DNA of 64,000 bases from Adineta vaga (Eukaryota; Animalia; Rotifera): positions 8,261,653 to 8,325,652 of the forward strand of contig CP075492.1 in NCBI GenBank assembly GCA_021613535.1, written 5' to 3'. A program made the translations under genes and the position numbers. Numbering within the stretch: position 1 is the stretch's first letter; the number at the start of each line of letters is the position of its first letter. The notes under the pieces were generated by a model. That model did no database searches. It saw nothing but the letters and a program-made list of their open reading frames with translations, and was not told where the DNA came from. Of this stretch, positions 38,392 to 51,437 are shown piece after piece.

Positions 38392-40711
38392 ATTGTTTGA
38401 TAATAGAATAGTATTAGTAATAAGTTAATCGTAGGAACTAAAATCAGAAGAACAACACAATCTTCGTGTACTCAATCGTTTTTAAAAGATATATGAAAAA
38501 AAACAAGCGAATTCTCTGGAGAAAACCGAAATGAAAATACGTAACTGAAAGGGAGTGATGATGATGTATGGGAAAATTATATTTAAGTATGAATTATTTT
38601 TATGAAGATTCTATATAGTAGTTCCCGGAAAGAAAAACAGTTCATTGTTTTTCTGATAATGAAAAAAAGAAAGACTAATCATTCATTGAATATGTACGTC
38701 ATCATTTATGATAAGTATTTTCATATTTGTATTTGTTCGATTAAAATCTCTTGAAGAAATAAAAAAAGAGATAGATTCTTTTGAATGATTGATTTACATA
38801 CATACGTAAAGAAAACATACGAAATAGAAAATTAATGATGATTAATGAATAAATAGTGGAGGTGGTAATTGAAAAAGTAGGCGAATCTTTTCATCTGTCG
38901 ATTAGATAAATATACGTAATAATAACAAAAAGAAAAAGATTTATCCATAATGAATGAAACTAGTTTTTCTTGTGTGCAAAAAGAAAAAGAATACTTCATA
39001 TCTCTACTAACACTAAGAGAAAGAAAACGTCACAAACAATGAGTTTCGGATGTATTCTTCGTAGGAGAAATTCTTGATCTTTTGTTCTCAACTTCAAGAG
39101 ACACCGCAAACGTAACACATTATTCTATTTCAGATGTCAACTACATATTCTCTTCCAAATCTGATTGATCGTTCACAGAAGACTATTCAGTTAGTTTAGA
39201 ACGACGAAAGATTTTCCTTTCTTTTTTTTATTCTTTGACTTCAAGCAAGATAAGATCTCGATGTTCAATTGAGCTCGTCTGATCAATTTAAGATAGTATC
39301 AATCAAGGAAAAGATTGATAAAAAAAAGAAAACTTTTTCGCTATATGTCAAAAAATATTATTTGAAAGATAAGATTATTTACTCAAGTAGAATATTCTAA
39401 CCAATTGAATTCGTGATATTTATTGAGATGTTATCTGATCGAATGATCATCAAAGTTTTTTATGCCCTTCATATCAGTTTGTTGAGAAAAGTAACATGAA
39501 GGTGTTTCATTTCCATATAGTTTAACTAACAGTATCAGAAAATAGAAAGCTTTTGGGATTCATTGCTTACTGAAGTCATTTGTAGTTGGAATTATTGCTG
39601 AATAGATTATGAATTTATTGTGTTGATAAAATACAAGGTTAAATATAAATGTAGCGGGTTAGTATGCTCCTTTTTCTGGAAGAAGATCACATAGAATAGG
39701 TACAACAACAGAGAAATTGTTTCATTAATCTGCTTTTATTAAACATTGAAAACCAGAGAGAAAATGTTATGGGAAATCTTATACGAAGAATATTAAGCAA
39801 AGAAACAATTCTAATTAAAATTTTACATTTGATTTATAAGATGTTTTGATGAGATAAGAGTTCATCATAGAAAAGTTTGATTTGATACGCTATGATGCTT
39901 TGTATCAAAAAACAATGTTATTTTCCCAACATACCTTTTTTGATTAAGCAAAAAAGAATTCGATTGGATCATGCTATATTGATATGTTGAAACAGGATAC
40001 ACCATTCATTGGTATTCACGGACTCTTTATGCTTGTAGGCAAACGTTTATATTCTTCTCTTCATTCGCAGATGATTTCTAGTGGCTAGACCACTATTTTA
40101 ATAAAGTGTGTGAGGGAGGAAAGAGTCAAATTACACTTCGACGTAATCAAACTGAGTGTATCGACCTTCTAAGTGGAAATAATCCATAGAAAGACTTTTG
40201 TCTACTATTTATTTCATATCGATGCGATATCTCCATAATCCGACGATGACAATACTTCAAACCAATAGATTTCGAACTTCCATTTGATACTTACTATTAC
40301 AAATATTGATGCAATAACTTTTCTTACGATCGCATATGTTCGAGAACGACAGAATAAACCTGTCACTTCAAATTTGAATTGATGTAAGAATGTGTCATGT
40401 AATCTTCGCAAGACATTTCATTTCTTCAACATAAAGAAATTTCAAACACATTATTTCATTATTATTGCTGAATAATACCCAGTCAATATTTGCTATAATT
40501 TATTGAATAAAATACTTCGATAAATTTCATTTGCATTCGATCCGAGAAAAAAAGGTAAATTTTTTTTAAAAAGAAACCTACTAACGTATGTCTATAGATC
40601 ACAACGATTGACTTTTCGATTGTAAATTTACATAATAACTAATAACAACGGTTGTATAAATGAACAAAAGAAAATCAAATCAACTTTTTTTTCTTTTTCG
40701 AATTGCAGACA

Positions 40712-40981
40712 ATGAATTCTACTCTAATAGATCTCCGTGAATTATCACAATCATCAGATATTTCCATTTCAGGAGGTATTAATACACGTCAATGGCTTGT
40801 AATTATTGGTATAGTCACAATCATTCTATTACTATTATCAATATGTATACGATGTATTTTTCATCTACGTCATATTTATCAACATATTGAAATTGACGAT
40901 CATAAATCGAAATGTGAATATTCAAACTATCAACCTATTTCATTGAATGATTTTTCTGCTAGATCTATCTATACTGTTTAA
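40712..40981 (+). CDS. Hypothetical small single-pass membrane protein of about 89 aa. It is preceded by an AG acceptor (ttgcag|acaATG), which suggests a 5' UTR intron.
   Basis: MNSTLIDLRELSQSSDISISGGINTRQWLVIIGIVTIILLLLSICIRCIFHLRH... contains one strong TM helix. This is an ORF-only call. Confidence 0.3.
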   Translation: MNSTLIDLRELSQSSDISISGGINTRQWLVIIGIVTIILLLLSICIRCIFHLRHIYQHIEIDDHKSKCEYSNYQPISLNDFSARSIYTV

Positions 40982-41402
40982 TGAAATCTTCTTCTTCTTC
41001 TTTTTTTCTATTGTATTGTTCAACTTTCTCATCAATTATATGCATGAAAAAATCCTTGGTAATCATTTAAATGAATTATTACCTATATTTCCTAATAGAT
41101 AAAATACTTTCATTGTCTTGTTTGACAATAGCATGATAATGAGTTCAAAAAATGTCTCTAAGGAATAAATCGCCTTTTCCGTTAACTAATGACAAACAAG
41201 TCTTTGTTATTGTTGTTGATGTTTTATTCAATATTTCTCAAAGAATGAATAGAATTGATGTTCTTAATTAAGAATTGCATGAATAAATCTAGAGAATAGA
41301 CGAGATGTTTTTTCTTTTTATTTAAAAATTTTCCTTTTTTTAAATAGAGTTCAAGATAATTGAATTAGAATGGAATTATTTTTTTGAATTTGGTCAAAGC
41401 AT

Positions 41403-41645
41403 TCATTCATTATTGGCCATGGATGCTGATCGTTTCCAAAAATGACGATATGGTGCACGTTTCCAAAAGCGTGATTTGGCAGCACGAACATCGAGTTGGT
41501 GAGATGGAGCATAGTTGTCTAAGTCCACCCAATCCATATGTGTAGCTGCATGATCATCATGGTCAAGCGAAACACTCGATGAAAGTGTAACACCAATGAT
41601 AAGAATGAAAAAACAGAGAATTGTATTGATGAAAATTGTACGCAT
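41403..41645 (-). CDS. Small secreted protein, possibly a second peptide-hormone precursor. It has a signal peptide and two KR dibasic sites after aromatic ...FW peptides.
   Basis: MRTIFINTILCFFILIIGVTLSSSVS is a signal peptide. The remainder is ...HQLDVRAAKSRFW-KR-APYRHFW-KR-SASMANNE*. There is no Gly amidation donor, so peptides would end in free Trp. Confidence 0.35.
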   Translation of the reverse strand: MRTIFINTILCFFILIIGVTLSSSVSLDHDDHAATHMDWVDLDNYAPSHQLDVRAAKSRFWKRAPYRHFWKRSASMANNE

Positions 41646-41774
41646 GATTACTAAATTGAATATCTAGAGAAGACCAAATGAACAAGAATATTCTTACCAA
41701 GTTTAGAGATGATAATCGATTGATTGAAGTTGTATCGAATGATGGTAAAATAGAAAATTTCTTCGAATAAAAGT

Positions 41775-41798
41775 CTCTCTCTCTCTCTCTTGACTTTT
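41775..41798. repeat. (CT)n microsatellite
   Basis: tctctctctctctctctctt. Confidence 0.85.
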
Positions 41799-42699
41799 CG
41801 GTAGTCAATGATCTCTCGTTTTTTTCTCTTTTCAAGATTTCTTCATATCGATTAGTAAATCCATTAATCTATTCAAATAAATCAAAAAGAAATGTCAACA
41901 ATTTTTTCTTCTTTTTGATTGTATAGTTATTTTCCGATGTTATTCAAGATTTTGATATAGAATCGGCAAATATCAAAATGAAAATAAGGAAGTTATTTGA
42001 ATCTCTTTGATAGAACTTTCAAGTATCCCACGCTTTTAAGTACTTTTTCATTACAATCATTTTCATCACCAATTAGTTCAAATGACTAAACGACTAAATT
42101 ATTGAATTTATTTTGTATTATTATCATCACAGAAATCGATTAAAAATAGTTAAATATTGCTAACATTTGACATCTGTAAAACAGCTAGTGCATTTTTTTA
42201 TCACTAATGATCATCTTGAAATAAATGAGAAAACATTATTCATCTTTACATAATTATATTTATTATCTCACCCTTCCTTCGTTTTTTTTCTCTTTACGCA
42301 TGATTTATATTGATCAATTGAAATGAAACGATATGTTTTGTCTTGTCTTTTGACCATGAAGTGTATTATTCATCATCAGATAAATGAAGTTTTTTTTTGT
42401 CTAAACTATTCTTGATGGTCAATGAATTACCTTTTTTCTCAAATGCCTCAAGCAATTTCGTACCTATTTTCATTATGAAGTTTATGCACATAAAACAAAC
42501 TGCTCTTCTCACACTCGATAACAGACATCATGATTTCTTCATTTTGACCATGCTAAATGCAATAGAAACCCTTCAAGTTACACGTTTCATATCATTATCA
42601 TTAAAGAAATGACTCTATATAAATATCAGGTATCTTCAGCATATATTACTTTTTTCGTGAAATTTGTTTTCATCATCTATACACGTAAACCTATCAAAT

Positions 42700-43236
42700 C
42701 ATGCAATTTCCTCAACAACAACAACAATACGGTGCCTTACCAGCCCAAGTAAGATATTTTCAAAAGGAGATTTCGAATTAATTCTCTATTTCATTTAGTG
42801 TCAACAATGTCTCTTAACACCTGGTTATTCACAACCACAGCAACAATATTTTCCCAATAGTGGATACTATCCGCAACAAAACTTCAACAATCCATACCAG
42901 CAACAGCAATATCCATTCTATCCTCAACAGCAACAACAACAACAATATCCATTCTATCCTCAGCAACAACAACAACAATATCCATTCTATCCTCAACAGC
43001 AGCAACAATATTCATTTTATCCTCAACAACAATTTCAATTCTACCCACAACAACAGCAACAACAACAATGGCCAAATTTAGCTCAAGGACTTCTAGGACA
43101 AAATGCATATGGTTATCAACAATATTGGCCACAACAACAACACCGAGTTTTTGAACGCCGAAAAACTCCTACAACATCACCTGCTCGTCATGAACAAGAA
43201 AAACCGAAGAAAGTCTATGAACGACTTTATTCTTAG
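42700..43236 (+). CDS. Glutamine-rich repeat protein with about 6 QQQQ(Q)YPFYP units. Two exons: 42700-42750 and about 42806-43236.
   Basis: MQFPQQQQQYGALPAQ|gtaagat ... ttcatttag|CQQCLLTPGYSQPQQQYFPNSGYYPQQNFNNPYQQQQYPFYPQQQQQQQYPFYPQQQQQQYPFYPQQQQQYSFYPQQQFQFYPQQQQQQQWPNL...RVFERRKTPTTSPARHEQEKPKKVYERLYS*. Confidence 0.5.
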
Positions 43237-44129
43237 GGATTTTTCCATATGAATCAAAATAACATTCACTTATTCTTCTTCGTTTTTTTTTCTTACATTC
43301 ATAGGATTCATTTTTAAAACTTTTTAACTCATTTATTTTCTCAGCAGAATAAAAGATTTTCTTTTTATCAAATCACTTTATTTTACCGTCTAATCGATTG
43401 TCAAGAGTTCGACATTTACATGAAAGAGTATTTCTCCCTTTTTGATCTCTACTAGAAAAGACTTCTTTCTTTGCTGATTTGTGAAAAGAGGGAAAAAAAA
43501 TCAATTAGATTTCTGTCAATAAAACGTCATATGAAATATTCAAAAATAAATTTCTCTTAAGGTAACATAGTTAACAATCAAGTGTGTGTTTTTTTTTTCT
43601 CTTTTTTGAATCAACATGACTAGATTTGATAATTAATCATTGATTAAGTTTTTCTCTTCTTGAAAAAAAAAGGAAGAAGGAAAAATGTTCAAACAATACA
43701 TTTTAAATGAAAGGTCAATCAAACAACTTGTAGAAAGAAGAAGAATGATTTTTTCCAATGAATAATTCCATTGCATGTCTGATTTGATATTCATTTCGAC
43801 ATGTTCAATTTCTTCATTTACCTTTATCTTTTCCAAAAAAAAAGAAGAAAAAAAATCAAAGAAAATTGAACAGTAATGAGCGCAAGAAAACAAAACGAGA
43901 CAAAAATGACAATGACAAAAAAAACGAATGAATGAATGAATGATTGAATAGCAAATAAAAATGAAGAGAAAAAAAGTAAATACATAAGTCTGTTTTCCCT
44001 CCTTCTCTCTCTCTCTCTCTGCTTTGCTCTTTTTCTTTATACTTCATGCACATACACCGGGGTATCTGCTCGTAGCCTAGTCGAAAAAAAGAGGAATGAA
44101 TGATAACCATGACAAGCAAGAGAGTGAGA

Positions 44130-47100
44130 GATTTTAAACAGCAAACATTTGAGGAATATATAAATCTGATTCATTCAACGATTGAGATAAATCATCCAGA
44201 GCAACTAGATTTGTATTCATAGATGATGAAGGATCGACTGGCATTCCAGTTGGATCAGTAGTTCCATTTGTTGCATACATACTTGCGTACAGACGACGCT
44301 AAATTAATTTTGAGAAAAAGAATATAGACTATAATGATAAAGTTTCGCATACCTTCTTAGCTTCATTCTCCATCACTTCATAATGGTCGGCATAATGTAC
44401 ATTTGGATTCGTCGTTGTTCCATACATACGATAATGTTGTTGTTGCTGTTGTTGCTGTTGCTGTTGTTGTTGTAAAATATGACGAGAATGTTGTTGTTGC
44501 TGTTGTTGAGAAGGATCAAGATAAGGTAATTCAATCAGTCCATTCTTTCCTTTATTTGTGGTCACTAATGTTCGTCGAACGATAGGTCGTAATTTATACA
44601 ATGGAGGTTCAGGGGCGTTTGCTGTTATACATTTTGGACATAACCATGTCTCTGGGATATCATCACTAAATACACCTTCATTAGTAGGAGCATCTGTATG
44701 AGAAGACTAGAAAGAAGAAAAATACATTGTCAAGAAGTTTGTTCGATGTTACTATGAATAAGAAAACTATTGGATTTACATGAAAACATGGTAAATGATG
44801 AATTTCCATACAACGTTCACATTCATAAAGAATTTCTTCAGGTTTTAATTGAGATAATTTTCGAGAACCTTTCTTTTTCAAGCAAACTTGACATGATGCT
44901 GTTGAAGGTAGAATTGGAGCAATACATTGTTTAGTTAAACAACATTGTTTCATTTTTCCAACGCCACCAAATTTAGGCATATCTTTACAATGTACACATT
45001 CGGAACAATCATCTCGACAACATGGTTCACATTGTTTACATCTAGAAGATGAACAAAAACAAATCAGCATATAAAACGAAAATAATTGGCAAAATTCATA
45101 CCGAACACGTTTATGTCGATCTTTTGCAGTGGTACTTTTATCGGTTTGATAGTGTTGTTGAGTGGGAGATGTAGTTGGATTGTATTGATTATAATTATTA
45201 ACATACTGTTGTTGTTGTTGTTGTTGTTGCTGTTGCTGTTGTGGAGAATAATAATTTGAAGAATTAGAACTAGCTAATGGTCCACTTAATAGGACAGTTG
45301 TTGATGGATGTAATGTAACAACACTTGAACTTGGTTGTTGCATTGACAATGTATCATATTGATGAGAAGGATGAAGATGATGAAAAGATGGTTGTTGCAT
45401 ATCGTTGTCAACAGGATTTTTACGTTTTATGCCTTGAAAAGACTCCGTTTCGTTCTAAGAGAAAGAAAGATATACGCAATGAATGTTATATCATCAATGA
45501 AGAGAAGAAGAAAAAACACCATGTCGAAACACGATGACTTTTGTAATAGTTTATTTAGAGCTCCGACTTTATGTACATGTGTCTATCTCTATTGTTTTTC
45601 TTCAGCTTACTTGATTGTTAGTTGAATCGAACGAATAGTGATGATGATTATAGTTGTAATGAATTAGTGATTGACCAGTTACTGATAAATGGGGATCATC
45701 AGAAGCATGATCAATAAGAAGACGCTAGAAATAAGATTCACTTATATATTTATATTAAAGTCCAAGGTTAACAACAAATAGAATGAGAGGTCAAGTGAAT
45801 TTGACGTGTAAATATCTATTCAGAGGATATATAGACATTGTCATAGTTCTTTTCTATTGATCAGATTCTTTTAAATAGAAATTATTTAAACAGATGAAAT
45901 ATTAACGAGAGTATTTTATGTATATATTATCGAGGTCAAATAACTAACCCTCAAGAGAGAGTGAGTGAGTGAGAGAGAGAGAGATTTTGTTGGGTAAATT
46001 CTTTCAATTTAATTTACTATACCTCCATAGATTCCAAAAGTTGTTGTGGTTGAACGAGATCTTCCGGGATCGATTTGTCTTTTAATTTGCGTAAGAGAGC
46101 ACATAATGTTTTCAAACCGTCTAGTTCAAATTGAGTCAAATGTTGATGTGTTACTTCAATGTCTTTATTATTATTATGATTGTTCACTAGCAACAATTGA
46201 CTTGTTTGACAAGGTTTCAGATCTAAAGGCAGAGCAATAATATATATATATATATGTGGAAGAAATTGAGACAAAAGGGCTTCCTATTTGCTGCTCATCA
46301 TTTGAACAGAATAACAATGGACCTCTCGAAATACGAAGAAGGATAGTGAATATGAATAAGAAAAGAAAAAAACATCATAGTTTTCAAAAGAAAACGAGAG
46401 AGAAGAGATACCTTGATTTACAAACATATGTCTACCTGTCTGCACTAATCGATCGCAATTATAAAGATTTTTTACAGAACTAAAACTGCATACAACTAGA
46501 AATAAATCGAAGCAATGAACAAAGCAAAAAGGAGAGACAGAAACAGAGAGAGAAAAAAGACGACGAGTTTTTCCCTTTTTCGCTCCTATGCGCTCATTCA
46601 TAAAAGATTTGAGTAATTTGCACACAGATTTCTTTTCTTCTCTCTCTCCCTCTCTGTCTCTCTCTCTCTTTTCTTTGAGTGATCAGAAGACAGCAATAGC
46701 ATAGGAAAAGAGGGAAGGAAAAATTTTGAACAAAGAACAAGGCACAAGCGCGCATTGTGTAGCGAGAACATATTATTATGATTGTGTGTGTGTGATTGCA
46801 CAAGCGAGAGAAAGTGATTGACGAGTGAGAGAAAGAAACGAGAACGTCGAATGATCAGGTTGTAATAGCGGTAGTGCGTATTAATTATTCTCTTCTTTTT
46901 CCTTCTAGTTTTTTTTGTCATTTCAAATAAGAATTTCAAATTGATGGTCTTCACCTACTTCTCGAGATTTCCAAGTGCAATACATAGGCACTACTTGAAA
47001 ATTTATAATAAATATATGCGTAGTAGTTTGGCCAAGAAAAGAGAAGAAAAGAGAGAGAGAGAGTGGGTGAAAGATTTCATTTATTAATTAGCAAACACAA

Positions 47101-50100
47101 ACGTTTTTTCTTCTGCTTCTTCTTCTGTTTCTTAACAAAGAAAAATTAACAACAAAAATCAATGTTCTCATTGATGTTGATTCTTCTTTGATTTCTTTTC
47201 TTTTATTTACTAATGTTTGAGATTGTCAAATACGAGATAAACCAGAAGCAAAAAGAATTGAACTAAGTTAGTTCACTAAAACACGAACTATTTACTGCGA
47301 AGAGAAAAATACGTAAAATATTTGAAGAAAAAGAAATGTCATATTTCGTTGTTGATTATTTTCGGTTGGATGGACGATATAAAAAGAAATTCTTGCCTTT
47401 TTTTCTCCTTCTTCTTCTCCTTCTTCTTTTTCTCTTGGTTCGTTCTTTCCTTTCTCATTCAATTGAATGACAATTGTTCACAAAGTTAATCGATACATTT
47501 TTTTTTTATTTAGTCAATATAAAGAAAAGAAAGAAGAAAATCCTTGAAAAGCTGCTTACTAAAGCTGACTCGTTCGAATACATATCGACATGCTTTTCAA
47601 ACAATATTTTTCTATATACATACATATATCTTAAAAAGATGACGGTGATGATATTATCAATATACGAAATCATTCAGCATGCTAGTGATGATCGTCGATG
47701 TTGACGACAACATGCTTTTGTGTGCACTATACATTCGTCTCCTGAGACAGTATAAAATGTATTGACGTATGCAGGAAATAGTAACAGCAAAAAAATCATT
47801 ATGATCACCATCTTATTTTATCGTTTTCCTTCATCATTCTATACCCAAAGAGACTATTATCTGATTATCTTAACTATTTGCGCATTTCTCAATATAAAAT
47901 ACCAACTATTACCTCTAGAGCATTCTTCTTCTCATGTTCAAGAACAAACACGATTACAAATGACTATATATATCTCTATTTCTATTTCTATTGAAATCAT
48001 TCAACAAATACATCGAGCGATTCTCTAAGAAAAGACAATGTCAATATCGAACTTAAATAAAGTTTTTGTACAACGAAATGGATACTTCCATGTTTGCTAT
48101 CATCATGAGACAAGCACTTGCTAGATTACATACATACAAATATATGAAAAGAGGAAGAAGAGTAGATCCGTTCCGGAATAATTCGAAGAGGAAGACATCT
48201 AGAATTGATAATTGACATCATGAGGAAAAGAGGAAGAAGCATGCTTGACAAGAGAGAATATGTACGCTCTCTTACACTTGACGAAATCGATGATCGACAA
48301 CGATGATCAATAAGAGAGCGTAGTTCAAGAAAAAAAAGTTAGTTTCTTCTCTTCGGTTTCTTCATCTACATCGATTGATTATGCAAAAAGACAATTTCAT
48401 TCCTAATTCACTTATTTCCTAACTAATCTTCTAATTTTGCATAAAATTTACTTCGAAAAATCTATTTCAAGTCTTACACTTACTTTTTCGCTTGTCTGCA
48501 TATTTGCTCCAAATAAAGAGCAAATGCCGGAAAAATTAGGAGAGGAAGTGCTGAAAAAAATCAAAGCGATGTTAATCTTTATTCTTTTTTCTTGCTAATA
48601 ATAATAATAATAACAAGACTTTCCGATTAACTTTTATTCATAAGATACAATTGAGTTCATTCAAATAGTTCGTATACAAAAGCTTGTATACCTTCTTCTT
48701 TGATTTGAATTTGTTCTCAATAGAAGAAAAAAATGAATAAACTTGCTGTCTTAATTGACGAGATAGAACAGAGTACTCCTAATTCGATTATCTCGGATTG
48801 CAGTCTTCAAATTAACATGTTTGATTTTTTCAACGATTAAATAACATTCTCATAATTTATAGAGATCAAAGTGATGAGGACGGCGATCGAACGATCAAAT
48901 ACTTGGAATAAGTAATTCTCGCTCGCACCCACTTATTTCTATGAGTAAATCAAAAAAAAATAAATCTGTTCTACATCAATAATAGAAACAGCGTTAAAAG
49001 GCCCACTAACAACATCATCTTGTAAACGTATGTGTGCACGCAATAGAGAAAGAGAGAGAGAGAGAGGGAGAGAGGGAGAAAGATGGAAAAAGAAAGTCAG
49101 AATGAAACTACATATAAGAGGTAGATGACGGCGTCACTATTGTTTGATGTCTTTATCTTTCTTGATAATATTGTTCAAAAAAATTGAATGAAACGAACAA
49201 ATTTGAAAAGCAATCATCTTTTACCGGAAGAAAAACCTTCTTAAGAGTTTTGCTTTAATTGATTCTTTTATCTTTACCTGAAAGATTGATTGGAAGATCT
49301 TGACTACTTGCATCTGTTTCTTGTTGTTGCTGCTGCTCGGCATATTCCAAACTGAAATAGAAGTTCAAGAACAGATTCAATAAGAAGACTGGTTTTTATT
49401 GACAATGTCATAGTTTCTGTTTGTTTTCATTGATGAAGAAAAAACAATAACTACAAATTCTTTTCTAATAAATTGAATAAATGAAAGATGATTAACTCAA
49501 ATAGTGATAGAGAAAATATCTCGATTGATTGAATTTCAATTAAGATATGACTTAGAACTGAAATCTTACCAATCATCTGCAATATGTGTGATACCAGTAA
49601 GACGATGTACATAACGTTGAATAACATACCACATACTTTCAATAAAGTACGGATATCGAAATCGATCAGGAACTCGAACTTTTCTTTCAATTGTCCATAC
49701 TTGAATTTGCATGGGAATTTTGAAAGAATTTAAAAAATTGCCACCAAACACAAGAGAATCTTCTAGTGTATATACCGCATGTATCCAACCTGATGGTAGA
49801 AAAAATGTCCATCCAGCTTCGAGAATAATCATTTGACAATCATTGGATGCGCATATATCAGCAAAAAAACATTCATTTTGTCTGCCAGATAAAATCCATT
49901 CTTCATACAAACGTAAATGAGATTCAGTTGGAGGTAATAACCAAAAAACTTTCTTTCCTTTCAATACATGATACCATACAGATGATCCACCTGATGAAAT
50001 AGAATTCAGTTAGTCAATCATAACAGATCATCATTTATATATATATATATATATACCCATATCAATATGAAAATCGGTGAAACATTTGGCAACAGACATG

Positions 50101-51437
50101 AGAACATACCTATAAAACGATATTTATATTCATAGAGAATTGATTTGTTTTTACTTTCGAGTTTTTGGATAATACATATGATCTTGTTTGAGATTCTTTT
50201 GCAATTGTGCTTGAACATCTAACCAATAATCAGGCCATGTATTTGTTATCCAATCAATTTCACGTACCTGAAAATGAGCTTATTCAAAACTTTTTGAAAT
50301 AGAAACATGTCTATTAAACTTACAATGGACGGTGATTCAACATATTTTTCTAATGCTGTATGACTAAATTCTAATGAAATAACATTTAATAGTTTCGTTC
50401 GTTTTTCTGCTGGCTGATCATAATAATCTGTCCAAGATTTCATGGTCATTTGTAAGGATTCTTGTGTATCAACATTGACAACATCAATTAAACGTTGAGA
50501 ACCTATACATGTTCGAACTTCATGGATACTAAATTGAGATGTTGGAAGCCGTAAGCCCAAACCACGATGTTGTTTAATTACAACCGGATTTGGAAAACCA
50601 GTACGTTGGATATACGATATATTGAATTCTATATAGAATGAATATATAGTTCATTATCGATGGTGATTCTCGAATGAGTGAGACAGTATCCTGCTATATG
50701 ATGTCAAAAGGTATGAAGAAATTTGTTTTCTCGTTTTCTAAAGATCTATACTGACCATCAACAGTGAGTTCTTCAACAAATTTGCCTTGATAATTATTTG
50801 AAGCAGCAAATTTCTGTTCAATATTCCATGTTTGTCCTTTTTCCAATATTGCTTTAAAGAAAATATCATTGTCATCGTCTGTATAATTCTTCTTTTCCCG
50901 TGTACGCTGAAAAATTAAAATTAAATTAATAATCGTATGTATTTACGATATGTTAGTTTGTTTCTCTATATAGAACGGATATCTTTATCATTTAGAAAAA
51001 GAACACGAATGTACCCGTTGTGATTCGCAATATCTGCTATTAATCATTTCAAATGCATCTGACCTTTAGTTACTCTAACAGATTCCTTCTTTATCTTAAG
51101 AGAGTGTTCTGAAATGAAGAAAGAGAAGTTTTCATATGGACATTCTTGCTGTTCGTACACTGAGTGATTCATCAATGTCATTGATCGAGGATTTCGGATA
51201 GAAAAACCTTGAGCATATACAGAGTAACTCAAAATAACATCTTATTGTATACAACGCGCTTATAATTCTACTTAAAAGACGTTTTTGAAAATGTATTATC
51301 CTTTAATTAATGTGAACTCTTCTGTTTTAACTGGTTTATTTCTCTCCAATCCACTCGATAATTTACTATTTATTTAATTTTCCTTGAAAATATTATATTA
51401 TACATACCAAACGACGACCTTCTTTATTCGAAGACAT
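44130..51437 (-). CDS. KDM2: KDM2-type (KDM2A/B, JHDM1) JmjC histone demethylase with CXXC zinc finger and PHD finger. About 14 exons. The N-terminus MSSNKEGRRL is at about 51408-51437 and the JmjC exons are at 49566-50900. A roughly 3 kb intron (46300-49260) is rich in microsatellites. The linker exons are 46022-46274 and about 45610-45725, the CXXC-PHD exon is 44700-45456, and the C-terminus is at 44130-44601.
   Basis: JmjC: YVLMSVAKCFTDFHIDMG | [102 protein letters not shown], against human KDM2A which I recall as ...[84 protein letters not shown]. Linker: HLTQFELDGLKTLCALLRKL (human HLTHFELEGLRCLVDKLE). CXXC: KQCEPCCRDDCSECVHCKDMPKFGGVGKMKQCCLTKQC (CXXC1/KDM2-type, with KFGG). PHD: YECERCMEIHHLPC...ETWLCPKC. 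Confidence 0.85.
49052..49082. repeat. (GA)n microsatellite inside the large KDM2 intron
   Basis: agagagagagagagagggagagagggagaaag. Confidence 0.85.

Noticed and set aside
42884-43132. A minus-strand ORF (…VVVAVVVGRIEIVVEDKMNIV…) antisense to the Q-rich gene, with similar antisense ORFs at 44403-44585 and 26099-26314.
   Set aside because: CAA/CAG repeats read as Val/Leu-rich ORFs on the opposite strand. These are artefacts of the sense-strand polyQ coding.
46284-46954. Minus-strand ORFs of 113, 69 and 118 aa in CT-microsatellite sequence.
   Set aside because: They sit inside the large KDM2 intron and are driven by (CT)n/(GA)n repeats (…RERERQRGRERRKE…). They are not credible coding sequence.
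50018-50218. ORF MFKHNCKRISNKIICIIQKLESKNKSILYEYKYRFIGMFSCLLPNVSPIF... inside the KDM2 gene.
   Set aside because: It is in the wrong frame. The real exon in this interval is in another frame (YVLMSVAKCFTDFHIDMG, which matches KDM2 YCLMSVRGCYTDFHVDFGG) and is bounded by ttttatag| and |gtatat.
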